NCBI GenBank assembly: GCA_963829545.1
Contig: CAWHIX010000012.1
Span: 20,915-84,914, forward strand
From: an uncultured Actinomycetes bacterium
Lineage (GTDB): Bacteria > Actinomycetota > Thermoleophilia > RBG-16-64-13
Direction of reading: 5' to 3'
DNA: 64,000 bases
In this document: one piece after another, positions 11,729 to 24,257 of the stretch
Numbering within the stretch: position 1 is the stretch's first letter
How the letters are laid out: each line of letters starts with the position of its first letter
Position numbers and translations under genes: made by a program
The notes under the pieces: model-generated
Told to the model about the DNA's origin: nothing
Seen by the model: the letters and a program-made list of their open reading frames with translations, nothing else
The model's database searches: none

Positions 11729-12444
11729 GGTACGCCTCGATCACTTTGGGGTTACACGCTACATCGTCCGGACAGGCATCGGCGATCTTGGCGCCGTAGT
11801 CGAGCACGCCCACGCGATCGCAGAAGTCCAAGACGGCATCCACCTTGTGCTCGATCCACAGGATGGAGAATTTCCTCTCCTCTTTCGTCGCCCTGATCAC
11901 CGTGAAGAGATTGTCGATCTCGGTAGCGGTCAGGCCGGCCATGGGCTCATCGAGGAGGATGAGCGACGGCATGGACGCCAAACCCATCGCAATCTCGAGG
12001 AGACGACGATCGGAGAGAGTCAGGTGCGCGGCGGTCGCGTCCTTCTTGTGGGTCAGTTCGACCAATTCGAGGGAGTTGAGGGTGCGCTCCTTCGGGCTCA
12101 GTTCGTGCTTGCCGCCGTACACGGCCGCCGTCATGACGTTGTCGTATACCGACATCTTGAGGAAGGCCCGCACCAGCTGATAGGTTCGGGCGATGCCCAG
12201 GTGGCAGATCTTGTGCGGAGCAAGACCCGCGATGTCCTTGTTCGCGGAACTTGATGGTGCCGCTATCGATGTTGTAGATGGACGTGATGAGGTTGAACAC
12301 GGTCGTCTTACCGGCGCCGTTCGGACCGATGAGACCTACTATCTCTTCCTCGTGCACGATGAAGTCGAAGTCGATGATGACCTTGAGGCCACCGAAGCGC
12401 TTGTTGACCTTGTCGAGAACGAGGAGAGGATCGCCAGCTGCCAT
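11709..12444 (-). CDS. livG: ABC transporter ATP-binding protein LivG; one frameshift near 12180-12250
   Basis: GLIGPNGAGKTTVFN (ORF 11947..12444); LILLDEPMAGL and the C-terminal domain (ORF 11709..12173). Confidence 0.7.
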
Positions 12445-12801
12445 GACCCTACCCTACTTCAGCTTGAAAGGACCGATAGCACCGCCTGGAGGCCAGAGCC
12501 GGAGGGGCGGCTTGCTGGTCGCTGGAGGGAAAGGTGAGTGCACGCAATTAGTCCCCCAATCGGAGAGATTGGCCAAAACCCCCGCTTGACTTATGAACGC
12601 CGGGCTCAAAGTAACAGGCGACCCAGGCTTTGTCCAGAGTCGCGATTCTGTTTAGCTCCCGAATCCAGGGGAGGGCCCGCGCACATGGAAAGTGAGTGTG
12701 CCATCACATACTGCAGGCGAATTGGGTTATCATATTGGGTGGACAGGGGGGGACGCACGCGCAGGAGGACTGTATATGAGGTGACCCGGTCCCGTTACGT
12801 G

Positions 12802-12820
12802 GCTACCAGTCTCTGGTAGC
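12802..12820. promoter_or_regulatory. Perfect 8-3-8 palindrome GCTACCAG-TCT-CTGGTAGC about 40 bp upstream of the first binding-protein gene; candidate operator in the divergent liv promoter region
   Basis: Read directly from the sequence. AAGGAGGG ribosome-binding site at 12850-12857 precedes ATG 12862. A TTGACT -35-like hexamer lies at 12585-12590. Confidence 0.35.
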
Positions 12821-12861
12821 GACATCCACTCTGACTTCCGAAAAGAAATCAAGGAGGGATC

Positions 12862-14147
12862 ATGAGAAGCAGGACTACGTTCGCCGTCGTCCTTGTGCTC
12901 CTCGTTATCGGCCTCGCTTCCATGCTGGTACTTGCAGGTTGCGGGTCGGAGGACACTGAGACGACGGCTCCAGGCGAGACCGAGACCACCGCGGCGCCGA
13001 CCGATACAACCGCCGCGGCCGGCGCGTTCGACGGCGAGATCGTCATCGGCGCGCTCGCTTCGCAGACCGGCGCCAATGCCATGACCGGCGCCGAGATGAA
13101 ATGGGCCTACGAGAAGGCCGCTGCTGACATCAACGCCGCGGGTGGCGTCGATGTCGGTGGCAAGAAGATGGAACTCAAGCTCAAGTTCGTCGACGACAAG
13201 ACCGAAGCCACCGAGGGTGCGGCCGCCGTCGAGAAGCTGATCAAGGTCGAAGACCTCAAGCTGATCCTGGGCACCAACATCACGCCCATCAACCTGGCCG
13301 CAGGCCTGGTGGCTGAGAAGTACGAAGCCTACTACCAGATCTCCACCAGCTGGACGGACTACATCGCCGCCCAGAACTTCAAGTGGGTGTCTGACATCTT
13401 CTTCACGCCCGCCGCTGCCGTGTCGATCCCCTTCGGTGTCGCCGGCCTGCTGCCTGAGGAAGACCAGCCCAAGGCTTGGTGCATGCTGACAGAGGACAAC
13501 CAGGACGGCCAGGGTCTCGCCGAGGGCGCCGTGGCGATCGGTACCGAGATGGGCTACAACATCGCCCTGTCCGAGTCCTACACGCCGGGCACGAAGGACT
13601 TCTCCTCCATCATCCTCAAGCTCAAAGAGAACAACATCGACGCCGTCATCGTTCTCATCTCGCCCGCCGACGGCATCACCTTCGTCAAGCAGATGAAGGA
13701 GCAGAACTACTCTCCGGAGTTCATCTTCGGCTGGAAGGGCTTCTGGCCCACCGAGTTCATGACGGCTCTGGGCCCCGACTCCGACTACATGGGCCACGAC
13801 GGCTTCTGGTCTGAGGACAACGGCGCTCCCGGCTCCAAGGAACTGGGCGAAGCCTTCAAGGCCGAGCACGACGGTCTCGACTCCGTGAGCATCGGCCTCT
13901 CCTACGCCTCCGTGCAGATCATGGCCCAGGCCATCACGCAGGCCGGCTCGACCGATCCCGCCGCCGTCCGTGATGCGGTCTTCGGCGGTACATTCCCTGG
14001 CACCACCATGGGTGACGTGACTTATGCCGAGAACGGCATCTGCGACGTAGAGCCTTACGGACTCTGGTGGAAGAGCGGGGAACGCGTGGTGTACTGGCCT
14101 GACCGGGCAACGCGTGGGAACCGTTCGTTCCCTGGGACCAGCGGTAG
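12862..14147 (+). CDS. Branched-chain amino acid ABC transporter substrate-binding lipoprotein (LivK family), paralog 1; one frameshift near 14100
   Basis: Intact 430-aa ORF up to a late frameshift. Lipobox LAGCGS, short ETTAAPTDTTAAAG linker, type-1 periplasmic-binding-protein fold. The corrected C-terminus GNAWEPFVPWDQR* matches paralog 3. Confidence 0.8.
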
Positions 14148-14214
14148 GAACTGACTGAGCGTCGGCCACGGCGGCCGCTACCGAAAGCCGCGGCTGACCC
14201 CGTTCGAACGCCAT

Positions 14215-14256
14215 CAGCCCCGCCCCCCGCTCAGCGAGGGGCGGGGTTTCTTTTTT
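14215..14256 (+). terminator. Rho-independent terminator after binding-protein paralog 1
   Basis: CCCCGCCCC...GGGGCGGGG stem followed by TTTCTTTTTT. Confidence 0.65.
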
Positions 14257-14489
14257 GCAGGCTTTTCTTCCCATCGAAGTCGGGTCTGCTTGAGAATGCG
14301 AAGCCTTTTTCTGAACTGCCTTTCGTGGTAGGATGCGTCGTCACGCTTCTGTGGCACTTTTGGGGGGAACTATCGCGTAAGATTTCACTCGGGTCTGTCT
14401 TTCCCCGGGCTCTTGTCAGCCCACCTCGCTTCACCAAACGTACGCAGAAGCAGAGTCAGTTCCACGATCGCCTATTGGGGGTACTCATT

Positions 14490-15828
14490 GTGAGAAGAAA
14501 GAAAGCGCTGATCCTTACCATCACTGTCCTCGTCATCGGCCTGCTGTCCATGGGACTTCTGGCTGCCTGCGGTGAGAGAGGAGACGACCACCACCGCGGC
14601 ACCGACCGAGACCACCGCGGCACCGACCGAGACCACCGCGGCACCGACCGAGACCACCGCACGCGCCAGCACCGAGACCACTGCCGCGGCCGGCGGCTTC
14701 GACGGCGAAGTCGTCGTCGGCGCCCTCGCGTCCATGACCGGCGCGAACGCCATGACCGGCGCCGAGATGAAGTGGGCCTACGAGCAGGCCGCCAAAGACA
14801 TCAACGCCGCAGGCGGCATCGATGTTGGCGGCAAGAAGATGGAACTCATCCTCAAGTTCGTCGACGACAAGAGCGACGCCACCGAGGGCGCCGCGGCCGT
14901 CGAGAAACTGATCAAGGTCGAGGGCGTGGAGCTGATTCTGAGCTCCAGACATCACTCCGATCAACCTGGCCGCGGGCATCGTGGCCGAGAAGTACGAGGC
15001 CTTCTACTCGATCGCCACCAGTTGGACCGACTTCATCGAGGCTCAGAACTTCAAGTGGGTCTCCGACGTGTTCTTCACGCCCGGTGACGCCGCTGAAGTG
15101 CCGTTCAGCATCGTCGACCTGCAGCCCGAGGCCGAGCGTCCGACCAAGTGGTGCATCCTGACCGAGGACAACCAGGACGGCCAGGGCCTGGGCGAGGGCG
15201 TCAAGGCCATCGCCGCCCGCCCCTGGCTGGACACCATCGTCCAGTACGAGCCCTACACCCCGGGCACCAAGGACTTCTCCTCCGTCATCCTCAAGATGAA
15301 GGAGAACGAGGTCGACGCCGTCGTGACCCTCATCTCCCCGGCGGACGGCATCACGTTCGTCAAGCAGATGAAGGAACAGGACTTCTCGCCCAAGTTCCTC
15401 TTCGGTTGGAAGGGCTTCTGGCCCACCGAGTTCATGACGGCTCTTGGTCCTGACTCCAACTACATCGGCCACGACGGTTTCTGGTCCGAAGACAACGGCC
15501 TACCCGGGCTCCAAAGAACTGGGTGAGGCTTTCAAGGCTGATCACGACGGCCTCGACTCCGTGAGCATCGGCCTCTCCTACGCCAACGTCCAGATCATGG
15601 CGCAGGCCATCTCGCTGGCCGGCTCCGACCGACAGCCGATGGAAGTGAGAGACCAAGTCTTCGGCGGCACCTTCCCCGGCACCACCATGGGCGACGTCAC
15701 CTATAGCGAGAAGGGCATCGCCAACGTGCCCCCCGTGGGTCTGTGGTGGATGGACGGCAAGCGCATCATGTTCTGGCCCGATGCCGGCAACGACTTCGGT
15801 GTGGTTCGTACCCTGGGATCAGAGGTAG
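14490..15828 (+). CDS. LivK-family substrate-binding lipoprotein, paralog 2; at least 4 frameshifts
   Basis: GTG start; signal VRRKKALILTITVLVIGLLSMGLLAACG. Body lies in ORFs 14572..15087, 14981..15526 and 15444..15941, with about 75-80% identity to paralog 1. C-terminus VWFVPWDQR* lies in a further frame. Confidence 0.65.
14590..14660 (+). repeat. About 3.3 tandem copies of a 21-bp unit ACCACCGCGGCACCGACCGAG encoding the heptapeptide TTAAPTE in the paralog-2 linker
   Basis: Perfect direct repeats read from the sequence; in-frame coding repeat, not a CRISPR array. Confidence 0.8.
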
Positions 15829-15896
15829 CACTATCTGAGACTGCACCCGGAGGCCGGTCGACGGCCACCAGGGTAGTGACAGCCAGTAGACTGACC

Positions 15897-15940
15897 CGAA
15901 CCCCGCCCTTCTCGCTCGCGAGGAGGGCGGGGTCTTCTTA
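15897..15940 (+). terminator. Rho-independent terminator after paralog 2
   Basis: CCCCGCCCTTCTCGCTCGCGAGGAGGGCGGGG hairpin followed by TCTTCTT. Confidence 0.55.
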
Positions 15941-16129
15941 ATGGTGTTGCACTTGGGGGCCTCAAGGTACTACTCTGACGGAGTAGGAACGAGAAACGCC
16001 GTTCTCGTTCGTCATTGGCGGTCGCCAAGAGTGGGGGGGGATTCTATGCGGTGAAGTCCACTCGTTCTGACTCACGTCCTTGGGCTGTAACCGACCCATC
16101 GTAGTTTTAGCCTACCTTAGGGGGGTAAA

Positions 16130-17467
16130 GTGAGAAGCAAGAGAGTAGTTGTGTTGACCCTCGTAGTTCTCGTCGTCGCTCTCATGTCCGTCATGCTCCT
16201 CTCCGCGTGCGGTGGTGACGAAGTGACCGTCACCACCGTCGGTCCGACCGATCACCACCGCTGCTCCGACCGAAACGACTGCCGCTCCGACCGAAACCAC
16301 CGCTGCTCCGACCGAAACCACTGCCGCGGCCGGCGGCTTCGACGGTGAACTCAACATCGGCGCGGTGATCACCCTGACCGGCGGAGGCGCCATGGGTGGT
16401 GCCGAGCAGAAGTGGGCCTACGACAAGGCCGCGGCCGACATCAACGCGGCTGGCGGCGTCGACGTGGGCGGCAAGAAGATGGAGCTCAAGCTCACGTACG
16501 TCGACGACAAGAGCGACGCGGTCGAGGCCGCGGCGGCCGTCGAGAAGCTGGTCAAGGTCGAAGGCTTGAAGAGTCATCCTGAGCACCCAGGTGTCGCCCA
16601 TCAACCTGGCGGCCGGCATCGGCAGCCGAGAAGTACAAGGCGTACTACCACGCGGTCGTGACGTGGACCAACGCGGCCCGCGACCAGAAATACAAGTGGG
16701 TGACGGACTTCTTCTTCGCCCCCTGGGAAGTCGGGGAAGTGCCCTTCAAGATGGTGGAACTCCAGCCTGAGGCCGACCGGCCCACCAAGTGGGGTATCCT
16801 GACCGAGGACAACGCCGACGGCCAGGGCCTGGGCGGGGCCCTGAAGGAAGTAGCCCAGAACTACCCCTGGATGGAGATCGCGCTCCTACCAGACCTACAC
16901 GCCCGGGCGCCAAGGACTTCTCCTCGATCATCCTCAAGTTCAAAGATGCACGGCGTGGACGCCATCGTGACCCTCGTCTCGCCTGCAGACGGCATCACCT
17001 TCACCAAGCAGTTGAAGGAACAGAAGTTCGCGCCCAAGTACATGATGGGCTGGAAGGGCTTCTGGCCGACCGAGTACTCGTCGGCGCTGGGTCCCGACTC
17101 CGACTACGTCTGCTTCGACGCTTTCTGGTCTGAAGACCTGCCCAACCCGGGCGCGAAGGAACTGGGCGAGGCCTACAAAGCCGACCACGACGGCCTTGAC
17201 TCCGTCAGCATCGGCCTCTTCTACGCCAACGTGCAGACTCTGGTGCAGGCCATCGAAAAGGCCGGGTCGACCGAGCCGGCAGCAGTGAGAGACGAAGTCT
17301 TCGGAGGCACCTTCCCCGGCACCGTCATGGGTGACGTCGTCTATGACATGGAAGGCATCGCCAACGTCATCCCGCTGGGCCTGCAGTGGATGGGTGGCAA
17401 GCGTATCGTCATCTACCCCGACCAGGGCAACAAGATGGAATGGTTCAAGCCCTGGGACGAGAGGTAG
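16130..17467 (+). CDS. LivK-family substrate-binding lipoprotein, paralog 3; at least 3 frameshifts
   Basis: Signal MRSKRVVVLTLVVLVVALMSVMLLSACGG. Body lies in ORFs 16365..16661 and 16658..17467 and ends with YPDQGNKMEWFKPWDER*. Confidence 0.65.
16263..16325 (+). repeat. Three tandem 21-bp units (GCTCCGACCGAAACNACNGCN) encoding the same TTAAPTE-type heptapeptide with codons different from the paralog-2 repeat
   Basis: Read from the sequence. Compare GCACCGACCGAG in paralog 2 with GCTCCGACCGAA here: same peptide, diverged DNA. Confidence 0.75.
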
Positions 17468-17534
17468 GAACAGTCGCCGACTTGTGAGAGCCGCCCCGAC
17501 CGGGAGGGCTCTGACGAGACCGCACGAAGTGACA

Positions 17535-17572
17535 GAGGCCGGCCCTCCCCCACGCGGGGAGGGCCGGCCTCT
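17535..17572. terminator. Bidirectional hairpin terminator between paralog 3 (plus strand) and ileS (minus strand)
   Basis: GAGGCCGGCCCTCCCC-CACGC-GGGGAGGGCCGGCCTC perfect stem. No strong U-tract. Confidence 0.45.
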
Positions 17573-17613
17573 GCTCATGGCGGGAGCGCAAGGCGTGCCG
17601 CACCGTCGGAACC

Positions 17614-20925
<3,312 letters not shown>

Positions 20926-21330
20926 GCGTTCCTCCTGTCGGCGCCGCGCCCAACCACAAAGAAGCCCCGCCCCGCGCTTGCGCTGCCGGCGAACGTTCGC
21001 CGGGCGCCTGCCTGTTCCGCCTGCCTGGGATTACCGACGCCGCCGGACGACTGCCGGCGATCGCCGCGCTCTCCCGGCGACCTTGGTCGCGGAACCGGAG
21101 CGCGTAGGGACGGGACGAAACCCGCGGTACCACCCTACTTGGCCGCGCGCCGCGCGGCCCACTCTGCGGACGCTCCTGCCTCTTGCGATCGGCACCACGA
21201 CTCACGCGGCGCTTCTCGGCGGCTCTCACGTCCCCCTTCTATAACGGGAAGGACCCGGCCAGGTCTACTGGGTACGAGCCTGCTCAGCGGCCCCTTCGGG
21301 GACTTTCGCCGCGGCCCCTGGGGGGCAACG
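20926..21330 (-). promoter_or_regulatory. T-box riboswitch leader of ileS
   Basis: The canonical T-box sequence AGTAGGGTGGTACCGCGGG lies on the minus strand (reverse complement of 21121..21139), about 195 nt upstream of the ileS ATG. The upstream extent (Stem I, specifier) was not mapped. Confidence 0.6.
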
Positions 21331-21500
21331 TGGGTGGCCGGCTCGACCGTTCGGCTGGCGGCTCGGGGATGATATTCGAACGCCGGTTCCCACCGGGCTC
21401 GCACCATCCCCGGCTCGCTGCGGGAAGAGCAGCGCCTACTCGTTCCCGTCATCGCCTTTCGTGCTCGCGTAGTCTAGTGGTATGCAGGGGAAACTTCAAG

Positions 21501-21621
21501 GCGGGCGGATATGGGCTCTCCTCCAGCTGCGAAGTCACGATTCTTCCGGAGAGCCCATATCCGCCCGGTGAGCACGAGGGGGATTGTGGGTCGCGATTCT
21601 TCCGAGGAGACGGGCTCTCCT
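21501..21621. repeat. Structured repeat region: perfect 20-bp inverted repeat (21502-21521 against 21548-21567) with a 26-nt loop, plus a second partial direct copy (CGATTCTTCCGAGGAGACGGGCTCTCC, 21594-21620)
   Basis: Read from the sequence. Lies in the intergenic region between the ileS leader and the small ORF at 21672. Confidence 0.6.
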
Positions 21622-21671
21622 CCGGCGTCAAGGGAAACGCCCGGCCCGTAACGGTGCGGTAGGATGGGCGT

Positions 21672-21860
21672 ATGAGGGCCCCAGGGACAGGTGCAAAGGC
21701 TTCGGGCACGCGGCATGCCTCACGCCTTCGCGGCTACCTGCCCTATCTGGTGTTCATCATCTTCGCCGCTCTCGTCGTCGCCGGCCTCGCCTTTGACGAG
21801 TTCGGTACCGTGTGGGCGAACGCCGCCACCATCTGCCTGAGCTGTATTGGGATCCAGTAG
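21672..21860 (+). CDS. Small (62 aa) membrane protein with one TM helix and a C-terminal CLSC motif; translationally coupled to the polyferredoxin gene
   Basis: AGGA ribosome-binding site 7 nt upstream of the ATG. TM segment YLPYLVFIIFAALVVAGLAF. Stop TAG immediately followed by the ATG of the next gene (TAGATG). Confidence 0.45.
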   Translation: MRAPGTGAKASGTRHASRLRGYLPYLVFIIFAALVVAGLAFDEFGTVWANAATICLSCIGIQ

Positions 21861-22814
21861 ATGGTCAGTGAGTCCCCTTCGAGGCAGAACCCGGGTCGCC
21901 TGAGCCGGATGAGCCGCCTGGCCTCCCTGGGCCGGCGTCGATGGACGCAGATCGCGAGCGCGCTGCTGCTCAATATCTGGATCCCGGCCTTCTTCTCGGG
22001 GACTATCGTACAGGCTCGTTCCAAGGGCATCTGCGTCCCCGTGCTCAACTGCTACTCCTGTCCGGCGGCCATAGCCGCCTGCCCCATCGGCTCCATGCAG
22101 CACATGATGGCCGGCGCCCGGGCGCGCTGGAGCCTGGGCGAGCTTCAACTCGGCCTGTATGTACTGGGCTCCATGGGCGTGGTGGGAGCGCTGGTGGGGC
22201 GCTTCCCGTGCGGCTGGCTCTGTCCGTTCGGCCTCTTCCAGGAGCTTGTCCACAAGATCCCAGGACCCAAGCTGGGCATCCCCCGCTTTCTCGGGTATCT
22301 GAAGTACGTCGTGCTGGCCTTGACGGTCTTCATCCTGCCCTTCTTGGTGGTGGATGCGTTCGGATACGGAGACACCTGGTTCTGCAAGTGGATCTGCCCC
22401 ACGGGGACATTGGAGGCCGGCCTGCCGCTCGTGGCAGCGAACGCCGACATCCGCGCCCAGGTCGGCCTGTTGTTCGTGTGGAAGGTGGCGCTACTCGTGG
22501 CCTTCTTCGGCTGGATGATAGTGAGCATGAGACCCTTCTGCCGGACGGTGTGCCCTCTGGGAGCGATCCTGGGGCTCTTCAACAAGGTGAGCCTCTTGCG
22601 ACTGTCGGTCGACACCGCGGAGTGCACCTCCTGCGGCAACTGCGTCGCCGTCTGCCCCGTGGATATCGACCCGCGGAGACGCCCCAACAGCCCGGACTGC
22701 ATCCGCTGCCTCAAGTGCGCGAAGACGTGCGAGGCGGATTGCATCCGGTACGAGTTCGGAGTGGGCGACCGACTTCGGCAGGTGGGCGACAAGCACTGCC
22801 CAGGAGACTGCTGA
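21861..22814 (+). CDS. Membrane-bound polyferredoxin (NapH / MauN / CcoG-like 4Fe-4S protein)
   Basis: Intact 317 aa. TM helices plus CxxCxxCxxxCP clusters (CTSCGNCVAVCP; CIRCLKCAKTCEADC), N-terminal CYSCP and CGWLCP motifs. Confidence 0.75.
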   Translation: MVSESPSRQNPGRLSRMSRLASLGRRRWTQIASALLLNIWIPAFFSGTIVQARSKGICVPVLNCYSCPAAIAACPIGSMQHMMAGARARWSLGELQLGLYVLGSMGVVGALVGRFPCGWLCPFGLFQELVHKIPGPKLGIPRFLGYLKYVVLALTVFILPFLVVDAFGYGDTWFCKWICPTGTLEAGLPLVAANADIRAQVGLLFVWKVALLVAFFGWMIVSMRPFCRTVCPLGAILGLFNKVSLLRLSVDTAECTSCGNCVAVCPVDIDPRRRPNSPDCIRCLKCAKTCEADCIRYEFGVGDRLRQVGDKHCPGDC

Positions 22815-22934
22815 AGTAACGGAGCTTCCCTTCCTCGGCGTCTTCCCTCGGCCGAAGTGACACCTGGGTGCCAGGGTGTCGGTCGGAGCTCAAAAGGGTA
22901 CAATATGCAGGGACATCCCCGAGTGGAGCGATTC

Positions 22935-24257
22935 ATGATCTATCTGGACAACGCCGCCACTTCGTGTCCCAAACCTCCAGAGGTGGTGGCAGCCGTAGCA
23001 CAGGCCCTCCAGGACGTGTGCGCCAACCCCAGCCGCGGAGCCTACGAGCTCTCCCTGGAGGCTTCGCGCAACCTGTTGCGCACGAGGCGGGCCGCGGCGC
23101 GTCTCTTCGGTATCCGCGACGAAGCCCGGGTGATCTTCACCCTCAACGCCACACACGCCCTCAACATGGCCTTGAAGGGGCTCCTGGGTTCGGTCGCGGC
23201 CGGCCGTGACCGGGCCGTGCCCACGCGCCACGTCGTGACATCGTCGCTGGAGCACAACTCGGTTGTCCGCCCGCTGGCAGTGCTGGCCGCCCAGGGAGTG
23301 GAGATCACCCGGGTGCCCTGCAGCAGCGACGGCAGCACCGACCCCGGAGACGTCTTGGCGGCCGTCCGCGCCGACACGGCCCTCGTGGTTCTCACGCACG
23401 CCTCCAATGTCCTGGGAACGGTATTGCCGGTCGCGGAGATAGGGCCGCGTCTGCGCGAGCGTGGGGTCCCTCTCCTGGTGGACGCAGCTCAGACGGCGGG
23501 GTGTTTCCCCATCGACGTCGAGGCGATGGGCATCAGTCTCCTTGCCGTTTCGGGTCACAAAGGGCTTCTCGGGCCTCAGGGCGTGGGGATCCTCTATGTC
23601 GCGCCGCACATGGAGCTCGAGACTCTCTTCGAGGGAGGCACTGGGAGTCGCTCGGAGTCGTCTGAGCAGCCCTCTATATGCCCCGACCGCTTCGAGGCCG
23701 GCACACCCAACAGCCCCGGCATAGCGGGATTGGGGGCCGGCATCGGGGTGGTGAAGCGCGAGGGTGTGGCCGAGTCAGGGCGCCGCCAGTACGAGCTGGC
23801 GCTGCGCCTCTTTCGAGGACTGGACGGAGCAGAGAGCATCACGGTGTTCGGACCCTGGGGGAATCTGTCATCCGAGCCGTCCGCGGCAGCCGACGCCGTC
23901 GCGGGTGACGCAAGTGACGCGGGTGGCGCGACCGACCCCCCGGGCGCGGCCGTGACGGGTGCCTCGTGGGTCCCCCCCGTGGCACCCATCGTCAGTCTTG
24001 CCGTCGACGGCCTCACCTCGGCCGAGGTGGCCCGCGTCCTCGACAGGGAGTTTCAGATCGCCGTCCGGGCCGGGCTGCACTGCGCGCCCGAAGCGCATCG
24101 CGTCGCCGGGACCCTGGAGGGTGGCCTCGTGCGTCTGAGTATCGGCCACAGCACTACCGAGGCTGAGGTGGCGGAAGCCGTCGCGGCGCTCCTGGAGATA
24201 GCGGGTAGACCCGCTCGCCACTGGCTAACTGAATGGGAGGGCCACTATGCCCAATAG
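22935..24257 (+). CDS. Class-V aminotransferase / cysteine desulfurase family protein (NifS/CsdA-like) with about 40-aa low-complexity insertion
   Basis: MIYLDNAATSCPKPPEVV...; SGHKGLLGPQGVGILYV pyridoxal-lysine region; Ala/Asp-rich insert SSEPSAAADAVAGDASDAGGATDPPGAAVTG. Intact. Confidence 0.75.
   Translation: MIYLDNAATSCPKPPEVVAAVAQALQDVCANPSRGAYELSLEASRNLLRTRRAAARLFGIRDEARVIFTLNATHALNMALKGLLGSVAAGRDRAVPTRHVVTSSLEHNSVVRPLAVLAAQGVEITRVPCSSDGSTDPGDVLAAVRADTALVVLTHASNVLGTVLPVAEIGPRLRERGVPLLVDAAQTAGCFPIDVEAMGISLLAVSGHKGLLGPQGVGILYVAPHMELETLFEGGTGSRSESSEQPSICPDRFEAGTPNSPGIAGLGAGIGVVKREGVAESGRRQYELALRLFRGLDGAESITVFGPWGNLSSEPSAAADAVAGDASDAGGATDPPGAAVTGASWVPPVAPIVSLAVDGLTSAEVARVLDREFQIAVRAGLHCAPEAHRVAGTLEGGLVRLSIGHSTTEAEVAEAVAALLEIAGRPARHWLTEWEGHYAQ

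Noticed and set aside
12730-14274. 514-aa minus-strand ORF
   Set aside because: Antisense to the intact 430-aa LivK-like binding protein, which has a clear signal peptide and fold signature.
14590-14660. Possible CRISPR array (regular 21-bp repeats)
   Set aside because: The repeats are contiguous with no spacers, in-frame within a lipoprotein gene, and encode a TTAAPTE peptide linker.
21440-21500. tRNA-like D-loop string GCGTAGTCTAGTGGTA
   Set aside because: No matching acceptor stem, anticodon arm or GGTTCGA T-loop downstream on either strand; not a tRNA.
21360-21700. Possible tmRNA or RNase P RNA (GGGGAUGAUAUUCGAACG resembles a tmRNA 5' end; GUAACGGUGCGGUAGGA resembles the RNase P P10/11 region)
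   Set aside because: Neither the tmRNA tRNA-like 3' end (GGTTCGATTCC...CCA) nor the RNase P hallmarks (GGAAAGUCCGGGCUCC, ACAGAANCCGGCUUA) are present. Resemblance is partial and probably chance in GC-rich sequence. Left as an unexplained structured region.
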